64,000 nucleotides of DNA, from NCBI GenBank assembly GCA_054600435.1, contig BAAIJX010000057.1, positions 62,001 through 126,000 on the forward strand, given 5' to 3'. This DNA is from Neophaeotheca triangularis. Taxonomy: Eukaryota. A program made the translations under genes and the position numbers. Positions 1 through 13,254 of this stretch are shown one piece after another. Numbering within the stretch: position 1 is the first letter of the stretch; each line of letters begins with the position of its first letter. A model generated the notes under the pieces. That model was given only the letters and a program-made list of their open reading frames with translations. It had not been told where the DNA came from and did no database searches.

Positions 1-379
1 AGGAGGCCCTGGCCACCACGACGAACCAACATGCCTACTACTGGCTTCAGGTGGGCAAATTTGTGGGGTCATCTCGCCTTGTTTCTCTTTTATCTACGGG
101 GGGCGCGCCCCTTCTAAACGGGCGCGCCCTTCTTGCGCCCTTTCTTCGACGCCGACTCGCTTTCACGTCTGCTCTCTGTTAAGTACGCTTCATCGTTAGA
201 ACCATCAAAACCGGCACTTTCTGGCATGCGCGACACCCAAAATTCATTACCAGTCTCTTCACATATGAAAAGGTTGGAAATCAAAAGCCACACACACACA
301 AACGGTGAGGACAAGGCCGCTTTCCACCACAAGTTGGCTGACTGCACGTCGACCATCAACAGCAGTTGTCTGTCCGTGT

Positions 380-879
380 TCACTCTCCTAGCCACGGCGT
401 GGCATACAACTCTGCCTCCATTTCGGCATCTTGGTTGCCATAATCCCATTTTGTGCTAAACATCGGGTGCAGTTCCAACACGTCGACTGCCTCGCCACGT
501 TCTAGTATGGATGCTTCGGCTGTAACGCATGGTTAGCCTCTGCTACTACTGCGACGAGCGCGCCAAGGAAACCTTTCGGAGCCCGGATCACGGCTTCACA
601 CCAGCAACACGTCACCATCGATTACTTCCACGCGACGGAATCCCAACATTAGGACATCTTCTCATCGTCGCCCCGGAACAGCATTGCAGGATGGAGAAGA
701 CAAGATCGGCGAGGCTTACACTGAGGTCGTTGTCGCCAGCGATCCAGCAATCCTTGAAAGAACGTCTTCGCCTCCCTGTGTGCCTTTCGGAGTATATCCC
801 AAAAGGCTTTTGCCAGTGCTATGAGGACCATCACCGCTAGTGTTGCTAACGCAACCTTCGTCTCGGCGGTCAAACCCAT
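380..879 (-). CDS. Putative small single-pass membrane protein, 2 exons (879-720, 519-380), 99 aa
   Basis: ATG at 879. N-terminal hydrophobic helix (MGLTAETKVALATLAVMVLIALAKAFW). GTAAGC donor at 719, GCTAAC branch and TACAG acceptor at 520. Splicing restores a frame ending TGA at 380-382. Confidence 0.5.
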
Positions 880-3140
880 GCTCGTGGTCGGCTGACAAAT
901 TGCTCGCAGGCACCGCGGGTGACTGATGTGCGGCTTGGCCTCACAGTATAGGTTCGATCCAAAGTATGCTCGCCGCTTAGGACTTCGACACACGCACTCC
1001 TAGGCAGCTCTCTGTCAGCTTGACTGGATCCACTCGAAAGCACCGCTGTCGCCATTTTACAGACAGATCAGTCGTGCCTGCGACTCGTAACGGCCTCATC
1101 CCTTGCCGCCTCTCGAACAACATCATCGGTACTCTAATCCATGGGCCCAGCTTATGTACGCCACAGTAGCAAGTACTGCCGTCATAACGCCTGGTAAAGT
1201 CGCGAAGAGGCGACTGAGAACCTGTCTGGCTCAGGTCGGCCCAAAGAGAGCGCGATGTACTGCCACCGCTGGAGGAGGAAAGGGTTGTGATACTCACCAA
1301 TTGATGCTCCCACCAGGCCACTTCGACCAAACCACGCTCCTCTGATGTGGCAACCTTGCCGCCGAGGCTAGCTGCTCTTGCACCGGAACGACTCGCCGCG
1401 CTTCCTGCTGACTTCAGGCTTGAACTCTTAGGGAGTCGAGTGTCAGTTGTTATGTTCGACGAACCATCGCAGATGGCCATCATCTGTTTCAGTACAACGA
1501 GAGACCAGACGAGGCGAGACTGTTGCGCGCACTTCGCTGCACTGGACCCTTACTCAGGAGACCGCCCCACGATCTCGCGCGAGCGTTTGGTACTCCATCT
1601 TTGAGCTCAGGTTCGGTTGTGCTGGTCACCAACATCATAAAAGGCTTGACAGCGTGGTGTGTTAGAACGGGGAATCACATACCACTGCGTTGGCACTGCG
1701 CTGCTCCGTCGGCGGAAGCTTTGCCTTGGTCTCGTCGAGTACCGTCACGGGACTGAAGATGGCGATGTATCATATGCGATGCGTCTTTGTTAAGTGTGTT
1801 CGTCAACATGCGGTTGATGTTGCTGGAAGATGAGGTGGTCGCAAGGTCAGGTGTGCTTCGCCTCCAACCCCATTGTAAGCACCCAATCGCACACCCTGGT
1901 AAGTATCTTGGTGGTGTAACAGTCGTCAACCCCACTTTTTATTGGGCTCTTGATTTACCTTCTCCTTTGCTGTAGAAACAGTCTTCAGCCTATTGGTATC
2001 TCGAAGCCACAGGCGCGAAAAACTCTTCTGCCCGGTTTGTCGACCAGGGGACGCTTCCGAGTCGTCCCAGACTGTAACCTGAAGATGGACCTGAGAACGG
2101 CCCTCTGAACAACACAACGTCCTCCTCTAGACTTATGTCCAAACGCTCACATTTTGCAACCTCGGCAAGAGCAAGGGAACACAGGGCGCCTCTAGTACGG
2201 CAACATAATTCAGTGTCCCGTCGCCTTGATGTTGAATGGGGCCGCCAGGCCTCACACGTGAAATTACATGGGCGGCTTATACTCGTCGAGGCTCGCATTT
2301 GCACGGGGATTCCTGCGTAGCAATCCTCGTCATGCTCACCGAACTCAGCAATGGCTGTTCGCAGCGAGACGACGATGATGTTTGGGTCTCCCTCGCAGGG
2401 AAAAATGCGGGCTAGCTATCACGTCCACTTGTAAACACATCAGTATAGACGAATGAATTGAAGCCCGGTCTACTCGGCCCCGGTCCTTGCCCTCCACCTC
2501 TCACGTTCGAGGCACCACAATCAGTGATGCGGAATCTCGGCCACAAGTTGAAGTCTCGACACAGCGCGGCATGGCCGCAACCGCGTTGTAAACATTGCGG
2601 TATCGAGACTCGATCACCGCCGCGACACTAGGTAGCTGCATGCCACTTCATTCTAGCCAATAGCTCTTCTCTCGTAGGCTATGATGGCCCAACTACTCAC
2701 GCTCTCCCTTGTTCTGCTGTAACCGGTGTCGACCGAAAGAGCCAGGGGCCATTATTACCCTAGCTTTAGTTGTAGCAGTGCCTTTCCGGCACCAAAAAAA
2801 AAACGGGAACGAAAGGATATTGGCAGTACCCTGGCAAGTATGCAACTTCCACGCTCAGTACACGGTTGCGGGCTTGAATGGGCGGGAGAAACGGAGTGCG
2901 ACCACTTCCACTGGGCACGGAAACTCGAGCGGTGACTTTGGCCGAACGTTGTCGAAAAGCACTTTTCCGGTTCGAACTGGTGATTACGAAGCGAGAGCTC
3001 GAAGAGGCTGAGTCCGTGATGTCTCTTCAACGGAAACAAAACATGCTGCGCTGCGCCACGCTACACTCTACACGCCCGAAAAGAGCAATCCCAGGGTATT
3101 CGATTCCAATGCCTTGCCAATCCACTTCTCCCAAGCTACA

Positions 3141-4823
3141 CTAACCCCTGACGGCACCTCCAAGCCGCCCATCTGCAAACTCCACCCCAGACTCGGACCC
3201 CGAACTCCCCCTCCTCTTCTTCCGCAATTTCCTCCCCCCTTCCCAACTCCCCGATCTCCGCCGCCCGACAGACCCACTCGACCCGTTCTGCAAACTCACC
3301 GGCGGCGCGCCAAAAGCCCGCTGCCTCTCCATCTCGTCCGCCGAGTTGGAGGTTGCACTCTGCTGCACGGCGAGCGAACCCGGCCGCAAGATTTCGAACC
3401 CCGTGCCGTGGCCTCGGACGACTTGGGAAGCGCGAGAAGGACCGTCGAAGGAGGAGCGGGCGCTTTGTTGTTGTCGTTGTTGTTGCTGCTGCTGTTGCGA
3501 GGAGGGAGTTGGGGAATTGCGGCGTTTTTCTGATCTTGGGGGTATTTGCGGGGGTGCGGGATTTGAGGGGGTGGTTGTGGTTGTGTTTGGGATTGTAGTT
3601 GTGGCTGTGGCGGCGGGGGCGGGGGACTGGAGGATTTCGCTCGCGTGGCTGGTCGGTCGGCTGTTGCTTGGGGAGGGAGGGGAGTTTTTGACGAATTGCG
3701 CAAAAGGGGTCACGTCTGGCATGCTGGATCGGCGGAGGGATTCGGGGAGGGCGTCGGCTTTCGGAGAGTTCATGGTTGTGGTGTCTGAGGGGGTGGGCTG
3801 TGAGGCCTTTTGGAGAGCGAAGTAGTCGATTTGTTCATTGATCGTGGGGGGAGTCGTCTGACCCTGAGTGGCTCTCCTCGCTCGCGGCGTTAACTGTCCT
3901 GTTTCCGCCACCTGGGAGATGCGGTGGTTGTCGAGCATGTTCAAGTCGGAAGACTGCTGTCTCGTTCGTGATCTTGGTCCAGTCAGGAGTCTTGGCGCGG
4001 ATGCGTAGATGGACTCGATGTCCATGCCGCCGTTACTGGAGTGACTCGAGGACCCGGTGCTACCGTTCCCGCCATCACTATCGTCGAAGGTGCCTCGGTC
4101 GTGGATGGACGTTGAAGCACGGTATATTGCCTCGATGCCTTCGAGCGTGTTGGCTGTTGAAGAATTGCGCAGGATATAAGGGTTTCCACAGTAGCGTGTG
4201 TAGGAGCAGGGCGGCTGTCGGCTTCGGGGAGGCTTGGCGACGACAGCGTCAGGTGAAGAGTCCCTACTTGTTTGAGCACTCGACATGCGCTCTGCTGAGA
4301 CTGCGCGATCGAATGATGGCCTTGCATGACGAGCCGTATTTGCGCTTGATGCCGAAGTAGATCGATCGCGTCCAGTATTGACGTCCTGCCTCTCCAAGTC
4401 GGGAAGAGTCTGTCTCCTTGGAGGACGGTCCCAGACTCCATTTGTAGAAGACTCACGGCTCGCAGGCTCTGGCGTATTATTTCTTGATATCCACACGCCA
4501 TCAACCTCCACGCCGCTTTCAATGGCCCTGATACCGAATGGTACCTCGTCGCTTTTCCCTGTGGCAAGCGTACGCCGCCTCTGGCTCATCTGTCTCTGCA
4601 CGGCATGCACTTGCTTCTCTTTTTCAGACACAGTCGCATACTTCCGAAGTCTCCAGTGGGTATAACCGAGCTTCGCGCATCCTAACAAGACAGTGACGAC
4701 CAATGCCAGCCCGAGTATCTGAATCGAACCGTAAGCGAATGTTCAAAACGTGCCCATCTCGTCGTTACTCACGAATACAAGCTTCTGCCATAGGTCCCAG
4801 CTGTCAAAGAACGTGTTGCTCAT
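3141..4823 (-). CDS. Fungal hypothetical protein with N-terminal TM segment and long disordered S/P/Q-rich tail; exons 4823-4773, 4718-3141
   Basis: 520 aa ORF. Upstream exon MSNTFFDSWDLWQKLVF joins in frame via GTGAGT...CAG intron 4772-4719. Contains a PFGIRAIESGVEVDGVWIS motif typical of a Pezizomycotina uncharacterised family. Confidence 0.8.
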
Positions 4824-7018
4824 TCTGTAAGCATGGACGTATCGCAAATATCCTCCAGTGCCAAGAAGCGTGAAAGTTAGAGGGTGGGCGGGTAGTAACT
4901 AGGTCTTTAGGGAGGTAAACGTTAGCTGCGCGCGTTCCTGCAGGGATATCAATAGAAGCGAAGAGAGTAGCAATCGTTCCACGTGCCACCGATTGTGTGG
5001 AAACGGGATATCTGTACCTTGCAGATGACGCACGACAACGGGTGCCGACTTATTAAGGCCGGGTAGGTGAAGTGTTGTGGCCCTCACGCACAAGTTCTGG
5101 GAAATGGTACGGTCGGCTTTGAAAGATGTTGAGTAAAGACAGTAAGAGGATGAGGGGACCTGTCCAGGTGCAGGATGTTATTTGGAATCAGGTAGGTCGA
5201 TAAAAGTGGTGCGATTAGAAAGTTGCAGGTGGTGCCAGTCAATGGCGAGAATAGAGGTCGGTCTGTGAATGGCGGCGTTGGCGCAAGGTACAGTCTTGAA
5301 CGGCTTAGCGAATGTGTGCAACGCAGGCGGTGAGTCCGGGATGCCGAGCCTGCTGGTCAGTAGGCGTGAAGAGGCAGTCAAAAAGGAATGTATGCGAATA
5401 ACAGTGAATTGATTATAATGAATGTCGGTGTGCAAGAAGATTCTGCAGTCGGGGTTGGGGTGAAAGAATGAAATGAATGCGGCCAACCAGCGGTATGAAA
5501 AGATGGAGAGTGAAGGGCGAAGTGAGGTGTAAGTTGATGTAGTAGGATGGATCTAGGAAATGTTTCGTTACCCAGAGTCGTCTGCTCAAGCCAAGGGCAG
5601 TTAATGTTATCGTCCAACGGTTCGGGCTCGTTGAAGCATGGCAGACCTTGTGCGAGCTGCGACACTCGCTCGCCTCCTTCAGGTTGCCCGTTCCGCCATG
5701 CATGCATACATACATATGTACTAAGGAGGTACTACTATACGCAGTGGCCCGCGGTGTACGACGATAACACCCGACTGCCGCACACGTCCAAGGTGCTTGC
5801 CTACTCCATTTGCACAAGACCACCTCATGCTCAATACTAGTACCGTGTCTTGTGTCAGTAGCGGGCCCTGTGTGTTGCTATCGCATGTATAAAGGTTTCC
5901 ATTGCGAGGAGGTGCGAGCCCGATAGCAGGGGCGACGAGGAGGACGAGGACGAAACACAACGTGACGTCCGGACAGGCACAACTAAAATGACCGGGGGAC
6001 ATTACTCGGGAGCCATCTGCAGATAGGTGTACCGTAAGTAGGTAACTTATTAGTAGCCACCGTCGACCAAAGCTTGATTTTCTGCAACCCCAGGCATTAT
6101 TATTGCAATCCTTGTCGTGAGTTCATCCTTGCAGCCACACAACAGTAGATCGCAGGACTTGGGCATCATCATGTTTCAAGATTGGCGTGATGCACTACCT
6201 TACTGATGATGAGAAAGTGACCTTTGTTTCTATGCACATGCGTCGAGGATGACATATCTACACAACAGCCTCGAGGATATCAGTAGTAATAATGTCTGTC
6301 TGTCGGGTGCAAACTCCTGACACATGTCAAATCCGAGGCTATTGACTCGATGTCTACCCAAGTAATTGAAGACGTTTAGCTACGGGTTTCATGATGCTTT
6401 AGTAGACGGCAGGTGCCTATAAGCGACGCCTGTACTGTTACAAGAATTGTCATAGTCCATCTATCCAATTTAGGTATCTGTCAGCTCTCCAAGTCTTTAC
6501 GCTTTGCCATCATTCGGTATCCGAGAAGGTGCTTGATATACCAGCAAGCGCACCTATAATAAGATATCTCGCCTGCTGTTTAACCATCTTACACGAAAGA
6601 ACTTGCGAGGTTGTTGGGCATCCCTACAATAACAATCCAATGCTTGATACCGGTCCTCTCTTTACACCTTCTCATCCTCTCAGCCAACAAGGCCCGCATT
6701 ACTATGTATTTACTATAGCACTACTACTGCTCAGCTCTCAGCTCAGCTAAGTTCCGAGCAGCAAGCCGATCATCCGACCTCCATCCGTGACCGTGACCGT
6801 GACCAATCTTGGCATCTATCAGGGCTGCTTACGACGATGGAAAGCCCTCCAAAGTTCCCCTCGACGAGCTTTTCCTTTGATCATCTCCACTGCTTCTTGT
6901 CCGCATCTCCTTTTTCTTTTCACTATGATAGTCACATCAGCCCTGCGCGCTTGAAGCTGCCAAGTAGCAGCACACGACTACCTTGCGCTCGATTCTTGAC
7001 TTTTCAGGTGCCATCAAC

Positions 7019-8677
7019 ATGGATCATCCCCGAGCAGAGGATCCCTTCGCAGACCCAACAACGACAGACCCGTCACCAGCATCAGGTACACGAGACCACA
7101 GCGATGTCTTGACCGTGGACCGTAATGCCACCCTCACACTTGGCACCGACTCTCTGATTGTGCTAGACGAAGGGCTGGCCCAAAGGCGCGCAGCCAGCAA
7201 CCTCTGCGGCTTACTACCCCAGTCCTCGCCTTCCACGCGCGCGATCCCTTTCTACAACGTCCTATTCGCCGAACTCAAAGACTTTGACGTGACAGTGCAC
7301 TACGCACAAGCCGTGGGAAAGAAGGCCAAGGACGTCAGAGTCGGGTACATCAACTACGCAGTCACGGACAAGAGCTTGCACCCGCATGCGAAGAAATGGG
7401 TGGATGCGCTGATGGGGCGCGCGTACCCCGCTAACACAAAGAGGCGGAAGAAGATCAAGGTTCTGATCAACCCTTTTGGTGGTCAAGGGTATGCGCAAAA
7501 GCTGTGGACGCGTCAGATCGAGCCCGTTTTTGCGGCTGCCCAATGCGATATTGAGGTGGAAAAGACCGCATATCGCGGGCATGCAGTTGAGATTGCCCAG
7601 AAGATGGATGTGGATGCTTTCGATGTCGTGGCATGCGCTAGTGGTGATGGACTACCGCATGAGGTGTTCAACGGGTTGGCTAAACAGGAAAACCCTCGAC
7701 GTGCGCTGAGAAAGGTCGCTGTGGTGCAGCTTCCCTGTGGGTCGGGCAATGCTATGTGTATGAACCTTAATGGTACGGATTCACCTAGCCTGGCTGCGTT
7801 GGCAATCATCAAGGGTGTTAGAGCGCCTATGGATTTAGTGGCTATCACGCAGGGCAGCGACAAGTACTACAGCTTCTTGTCGCAGTCTGTGGGGATTGTC
7901 GCCGAGAGCGACCTGGGAACTGACCATTTGCGTTGGATGGGGCCCTTGCGGTTCACCTGGGGTTTCCTCGTCCGATTGTTGGGCAAAACCGTTTACCCAG
8001 CTGAAATCTCGGTAGCAGTGGAGCAGGACGACAAGCGAGCTATTCGCGAAAACTACAAACGAAAGATCGAGAAACTTGAAGCTACTCGCGCCAAGAGGCC
8101 AGATGTCGCCTCAGACAGCGAGTGCGACGATGAAATCGTCACCACAGAGGTGGAATTGCCACCCCTTCGTTATGGCACAGTCACGGATGCGATCCCTTCG
8201 GACTTCGTCACCACGGACTTACCAACTCTGGGCAATTTCTACTGCGGCAATATGTGCTTCATGTCTGGCGACGCGCCCTTCTTCCCCTGCTCGCTCCCCT
8301 CAGACGGTCGCATGGATCTCGTCAACATCGACGGCACCATCCCACGTCTCAAAGCAATCTCCATGCTTACGTCCGTCGAGCAAGGAGCCCTCATGAACTT
8401 CCCCGAAGTCAACTACCGCAAGGTAACGGGGTACCGGATCGTGCCACGGCTTAGAGATGCCGCCAAGCGCGACGGGGTAGACTCGAAGGGTCTAGGGGCG
8501 AAAATGGGCAAATGGCTCGGCGGCGGTAAGAGCGGTGGGAAAGAGGAGGGGTACATTAGTATTGATGGCGAGAGGGTACCTTTTGAGCCTTTTCAGGCGG
8601 AGATTTGTCAAGGATTGGGAACGGTCTTGAGTAAAAGAGGTGGAGTGTACGAATTTGATGGGCCTGCGTCGCCATGA
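7019..8677 (+). CDS. LCB4: Sphingoid long-chain base (sphingosine) kinase, DAGK catalytic domain, LCB4/LCB5-like
   Basis: Motifs VLINPFGGQG, SGDGLPHEVFNGL, LPCGSGNAM, ESDLGTDHLRWMG and ISIDGE. ATG at 7019. Confidence 0.92.
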   Translation: MDHPRAEDPFADPTTTDPSPASGTRDHSDVLTVDRNATLTLGTDSLIVLDEGLAQRRAASNLCGLLPQSSPSTRAIPFYNVLFAELKDFDVTVHYAQAVGKKAKDVRVGYINYAVTDKSLHPHAKKWVDALMGRAYPANTKRRKKIKVLINPFGGQGYAQKLWTRQIEPVFAAAQCDIEVEKTAYRGHAVEIAQKMDVDAFDVVACASGDGLPHEVFNGLAKQENPRRALRKVAVVQLPCGSGNAMCMNLNGTDSPSLAALAIIKGVRAPMDLVAITQGSDKYYSFLSQSVGIVAESDLGTDHLRWMGPLRFTWGFLVRLLGKTVYPAEISVAVEQDDKRAIRENYKRKIEKLEATRAKRPDVASDSECDDEIVTTEVELPPLRYGTVTDAIPSDFVTTDLPTLGNFYCGNMCFMSGDAPFFPCSLPSDGRMDLVNIDGTIPRLKAISMLTSVEQGALMNFPEVNYRKVTGYRIVPRLRDAAKRDGVDSKGLGAKMGKWLGGGKSGGKEEGYISIDGERVPFEPFQAEICQGLGTVLSKRGGVYEFDGPASP

Positions 8678-9001
8678 GAGTCTAGCTGAACACACGGAAG
8701 CTGGATGGTGGGAATTTTTACAATGGCGTTGTCTGCTTTGTGCTTGAAAGATACCCGGAATCCGCTTGATTCTTTACATATACGATAGGGCATAAAATGT
8801 TTACTGGGGTTTTTTTTTTCCTTGCTCACTTTGGTCTTGTCTCGACCTGTGTACCTCCCTCGCTGCATTGTGTCTCAAGGTGCGAGTGTAAGGTACATAC
8901 CAACACCTACATAGGCATTAGAAAAGCACATGGGGTTGCGATCCATAGAGCGTGCAGCGATTCTAATGAAATCACGTGTTTTGGCGCACCTTCCCCGCTA
9001 T

Positions 9002-9044
9002 CGCGCGGCCCAGGCTTCGCCGCCACTGCGCGCGTCAAACGCGG
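9002..9044. promoter_or_regulatory. Cluster of CGCG (MCB-like) cores upstream of RAD51
   Basis: TCGCGCGG, GCGCGTC and AAACGCGG lie about 130-170 bp upstream of the ATG. Confidence 0.5.
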
Positions 9045-9170
9045 ACGAGTCGTCTTAAAGATACAACAACCTGCGAACTTTCTTCTGCTCTCACCCTATA
9101 TTTTCCCTTGGAACAATCCTGCCACTTAGCATTCAGTCAGCATACCAATCTCCACTACGATTGGAGCAAG

Positions 9171-10326
9171 ATGAGCGCCGAAGAGGAGCAATCGCAGTCC
9201 GGTTACGAGGATGCGCCAGCCGGACCGGGTGCGCCAACGCCACTTGCAGCGTTGGAGGTGAGCCGACTGAGACGAAATGCAGACTCGATAGGAGGCTAAC
9301 ACTCATCTAGGGTGTAGCAGGCTTGACGAAGCGTGACATTCAGCTCTTTGTCGATGGAGGATACAACACTGTCGAGAGCGTGGCCTACACGTGAGTCTGG
9401 CGAGACGACGGCGGTTGATACAGCCGAGTTGCTAACACACGTTCAGGCCAAAGAAGCTACTCGAACAAATAAAAGGCATCTCCGAACAGAAAGCTACAAA
9501 GATTCTGACTGAAGCCTCCAAGCTCGTACCGATGGGATTTACCACTGCCACCGAAATGCACGCTCGTCGCTCCGAACTCATTTCAGTCACCACCGGTTCG
9601 AAACAGCTGGATACTCTACTCGCAGGCGGTATAGAAACCGGCTCGATTACTGAGATTTTTGGCGAGTTTCGAACGGGAAAGAGTCAGATTTGTCATACGC
9701 TTGCTGTGACTTGTCAGCTGCCGTTCGATATGGGAGGAGGTGAGGGAAAGTGCTTGTACATTGATACGGAGGGGACATTCAGACCAGTCCGTCTGCTCAG
9801 CGTGGCTCAGCGGTTTGGTCTGTCTGGGGAGGAAGTGTTGGACAATGTCGCATACGCTCGCGCCTACAATTCCGATCATCAGCTTCAGCTCCTCAACCAG
9901 GCTGCTCAGATGATGACGGAAACTCGCTTCTCCCTTCTCGTCGTCGACTCTGCTACCTCTCTCTACCGTACAGACTTCAACGGTCGTGGCGAACTCTCGA
10001 GTCGACAAACCCATCTGGCAAAGTTCATGCGCACACTTCAACGTCTAGCCGACGAGTTTGGCATCGCCGTTGTCATCACGAACCAGGTCGTTGCTCAAGT
10101 CGACGGTGGTCCCTCGGCAATGTTCAACCCGGATCCCAAGAAGCCCATTGGCGGAAACATCATCGCTCACGCTTCGACCACAAGACTCAGTCTGAAAAAG
10201 GGCAGAGGGGAGACGAGGATATGCAAGATCTACGACAGCCCTTGTCTGCCAGAGAGTGATTGTATGTTTGCGATCAAGGAGGACGGTATCGGTGACCCGT
10301 CGCCGAAGGATTTGGAGAAGGACTGA
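9171..10326 (+). CDS. RAD51: DNA repair/recombination protein RAD51; exons 9171-9257, 9311-9390, 9447-10326
   Basis: GFTTATE, Walker [17 protein letters not shown] and [13 protein letters not shown]. Canonical GT-AG introns with CTAAC branch sites. Confidence 0.98.
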
Positions 10327-10832
10327 TGGTTATGAACTTGCGGAGTTACGAGGTGGGATGGTGGGCCTGCTTTGACATGATACCTGTTGCATAGCTTTGG
10401 CGCTGGGGTTCTCATGGGAATTCGGATTCACGGTTTCAATTCAATGTGGTGTGTAATAAATGACCTTGCTGCCGGTCGCCGCGAGATCACAAGTTGGAAC
10501 TGTATCGAGGGAAAGATGAGCTTACACCTGGCGACTCGTCTAGTTCGTCACGATTGTCATTCATTGCTGAGATGTTGGCAGAGGCTATTGAGGCGAGAGC
10601 GATTCACCGCGACATCTTCTGCAGATTATCACGTAGCCGGGACATAAGCTTATCTTTGACTTTTGGCTTAAATTAAGTATAATAGCCTAGAAACAGCCAT
10701 TGACTAGCTTAGGTACTTATCAGCCAATCGGCGCAGGAAAGCTCTTCCGCGTGCTTCAGCTCCAATGACTTTCAATTCGAATGGTCGTTTCCTGCTCTCA
10801 GTCACCAGAACATCACTTCACGACCGACCAAC

Positions 10833-11957
10833 ATGCAGGCGCCTTCACCGCTATGCCTTCGGGCTTTGCGCATGCTAATAGCTCACGAGCTCCCTCGTCC
10901 ATGCATACACGCCCACCGCCGCAACTACGCAACGAAGTCCCCCGAGCGACCCCAACCCCCACCACCGCGAAAGATAACTCCCAAACCAACACCGACCCCC
11001 GACTACATCCGCCCACCACCGCCAACCTCCCAACCTCAAACCACCCCCACCCCCACGGGCCCCCATGAACCAAACGAAGATGAAGAACACACCCCCCTCC
11101 CCCTATCCCGCCCAATCGGCATGCCCAACCCACCGCAACGGGGCGAAAACACCGGCCTCGACAACCGCAGCCTAAAACAACGCCGCGACGACTTTGTAGA
11201 CTACGACAAACACCTCGCCAAGCGCGCGCGCATGACCAAGCAGATTTCCAAACCCTACTTTCGCGATTGGTCCAACATGCGCTTTCACAAGGGCAAGTCC
11301 TTCATAGCTCCCGACCGCCTCTTTAGGGCTGAGCATGCCTTGTTTTTCCCCAATTTCTTTGGGAAGACGCTTAGACGGGATGTCGAGGCTACCGGGGTGA
11401 AGGATGGGTATGGGGGCTTGGGCAGGGATAGTTGTGAGGCTATGGCCGGGAGGGTGAGCGTGGTGAGTATCGTTAGTAATACTTGGGCGCAGCATCAGGT
11501 AGAGAGTTTTGTGGGGTCCAAGGCCAATGCGGAGCTGGAGAGTGTGTTGGGTGAAGCGTCGGATGTGGCGCAGAGGGTGGAGATTAATGTCGAGGAGAAT
11601 GCGCTCAAGTGGTGGTTGTTGCAGGTTTTTGCTTCGAACTTACGCCGGCGCAAGTCGTTGGAGGAGCAGGGGAGGTATTTCATGGTCAGGAGGGGTTTGT
11701 CGGAAATTATGAAGGAGGCTTTGGGGCTGTTGAATGATAAGGTTGGGTATGTGTACCTTGTGGATGCGGAGTGTAGGATTCGCTGGGCGGGGAGTGCGAT
11801 TGCTGAGGAGGGGGAGAAGGAGAGTTTGGTCAGGGGGTTGAGGAGGTTGATTCAGGAGGCCCGGACGCCGGTGGAGAAGCGGGTTGATGAGAAGCAGATG
11901 CTCGAAGGGGCTGTCGCGGAAGCTCTCGAGGAGCCCAAGGCTGCTCCCCCGGCATAG
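10833..11957 (+). CDS. ATP10: Mitochondrial ATP synthase assembly factor ATP10
   Basis: Presequence-like N-terminus. Motifs [23 protein letters not shown] and [17 protein letters not shown]. Confidence 0.9.
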   Translation: MQAPSPLCLRALRMLIAHELPRPCIHAHRRNYATKSPERPQPPPPRKITPKPTPTPDYIRPPPPTSQPQTTPTPTGPHEPNEDEEHTPLPLSRPIGMPNPPQRGENTGLDNRSLKQRRDDFVDYDKHLAKRARMTKQISKPYFRDWSNMRFHKGKSFIAPDRLFRAEHALFFPNFFGKTLRRDVEATGVKDGYGGLGRDSCEAMAGRVSVVSIVSNTWAQHQVESFVGSKANAELESVLGEASDVAQRVEINVEENALKWWLLQVFASNLRRRKSLEEQGRYFMVRRGLSEIMKEALGLLNDKVGYVYLVDAECRIRWAGSAIAEEGEKESLVRGLRRLIQEARTPVEKRVDEKQMLEGAVAEALEEPKAAPPA

Positions 11958-12087
11958 TGAGGTGTCGTAGATTCAAGAAGATGCTGTACAGATACCCCCA
12001 AGTTACGTCCCGCTCGCGGGTGCTTCCAACGCCGCCCCGGAACGCCCTGCTTGCTTCCAGCCGCAACGATCGAACTACTTAAAAACA

Positions 12088-12897
12088 CTACCACAGCCAA
12101 AACAGCAATAAACAGCAAAACGCAATAAAACTCCCAAGTATAATGCCATCCCTCCTCTTCTTACTCCCAATCCTCTGCATCAACCCGTTAATCCCCGGCA
12201 CCTGCGCGGCAGCGCCCGTGATCCTCCGCTGCACACTCGCCAGCGTCTCCCTCTGCAGCCCAAACTGCTCATTCACAGCGTAAGCCTGACTTAGCACCGA
12301 ATCGGCCACGTTGTGGCTGCGGTCCAGCCGCGCCCGCTCCTCGAGCATGTACTCGGCTTCCGCATTTTCCGGGTTCTGCGAGGCGCGGTATGCGGAGATG
12401 TCGGAGCGGACGTTGGAGAGAAGGTTCGCGCGCTCGCGGGCGTGGGTTATTGTTGTTTTGAGCCGCGAGAGTTCGGTCCGGTGTTGTTGGAGGATCTCGC
12501 GGTGGCGGGAGAGATTGGTGGATTTGAGGGCTGAGGGGTGCGGTTCGGAGTCGAGGTGGCGCGAGAGTTGGGATAGGAGGGTGGAACGCTGAGGTGGGCC
12601 AGTAGAGTTAGTGTGCTGTTGTTGGTTTGGCGTTGTTGTGTGTGATGCGCGGGATCTACCTTTTCGAGTAACTCGTTCAGCTGCTCTTCTGTTCGTTGTT
12701 CTTCGTCGCTGGGCTTGGGTTCTATGTCCGTTTTCGAGGCGAATTGAGAATATGTGTGAAAGAGTGTTTCGGTCTATCGATCGACGAGTCGCGTCAGCCT
12801 AGGTTGTCTTATTGGCATCCCTTGACCTTCTAACCTGTGTCTCTTGCTGTCTGGCTTGCTGTCGCAGTTGCGCCCAGCTGTTCGTATTGGCTGCCAT
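12088..12897 (-). CDS. GOS1: Golgi SNARE GOS1, 3 exons (about 12897-12835, 12773-12660, 12588-12088)
   Basis: N-terminus SWAQLRQQARQQETQ/TETLFHTYSQF, RHREILQQHR, and C-terminal SNARE motif plus TM (KKRRDGIILGSFIAFCCLLLFWLW). Confidence 0.92.
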
Positions 12898-13254
12898 GTT
12901 GGCGTTGCCTCGATGGGTGAGTTCTTGGTACTCTCAAGCGAACTGTTAGCCTCAATTGTCGTTCTCAGGTGTTATCCAGCTTCCCGGCAAAAGTTAATGA
13001 GTACAAGATATGGTCGCTATTGTATGCCTTCAGGATGCAGGTGCTTTACTAGTTCACAGCCGCCATGTGACGCGAAGCCGAATGCGGCCTAAAACGCGCT
13101 AGTCGCCGGGCAGCGCGGCTCTTCCCGAAGCCTGCAAGTCTTGGCTTCGCACTCTTCCAAAAACTTAGCGGGCTGCGGAGACAACCACACGACAGCGACT
13201 TCACCGACGACGACGACGACGTACTAATCCCCTACAGCACATCCGTCACCCAAA

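Noticed and set aside
100..140. GC palindromes GGGGCGCGCCCC / GGGCGCGCCC
   Set aside because: Short local duplication near the window edge with no supporting context.
977..3100. Short ORFs in the left gene-poor region (also 13900-15250 and 22600-24600)
   Set aside because: No motifs, codon bias or coherent splice models that I could support.
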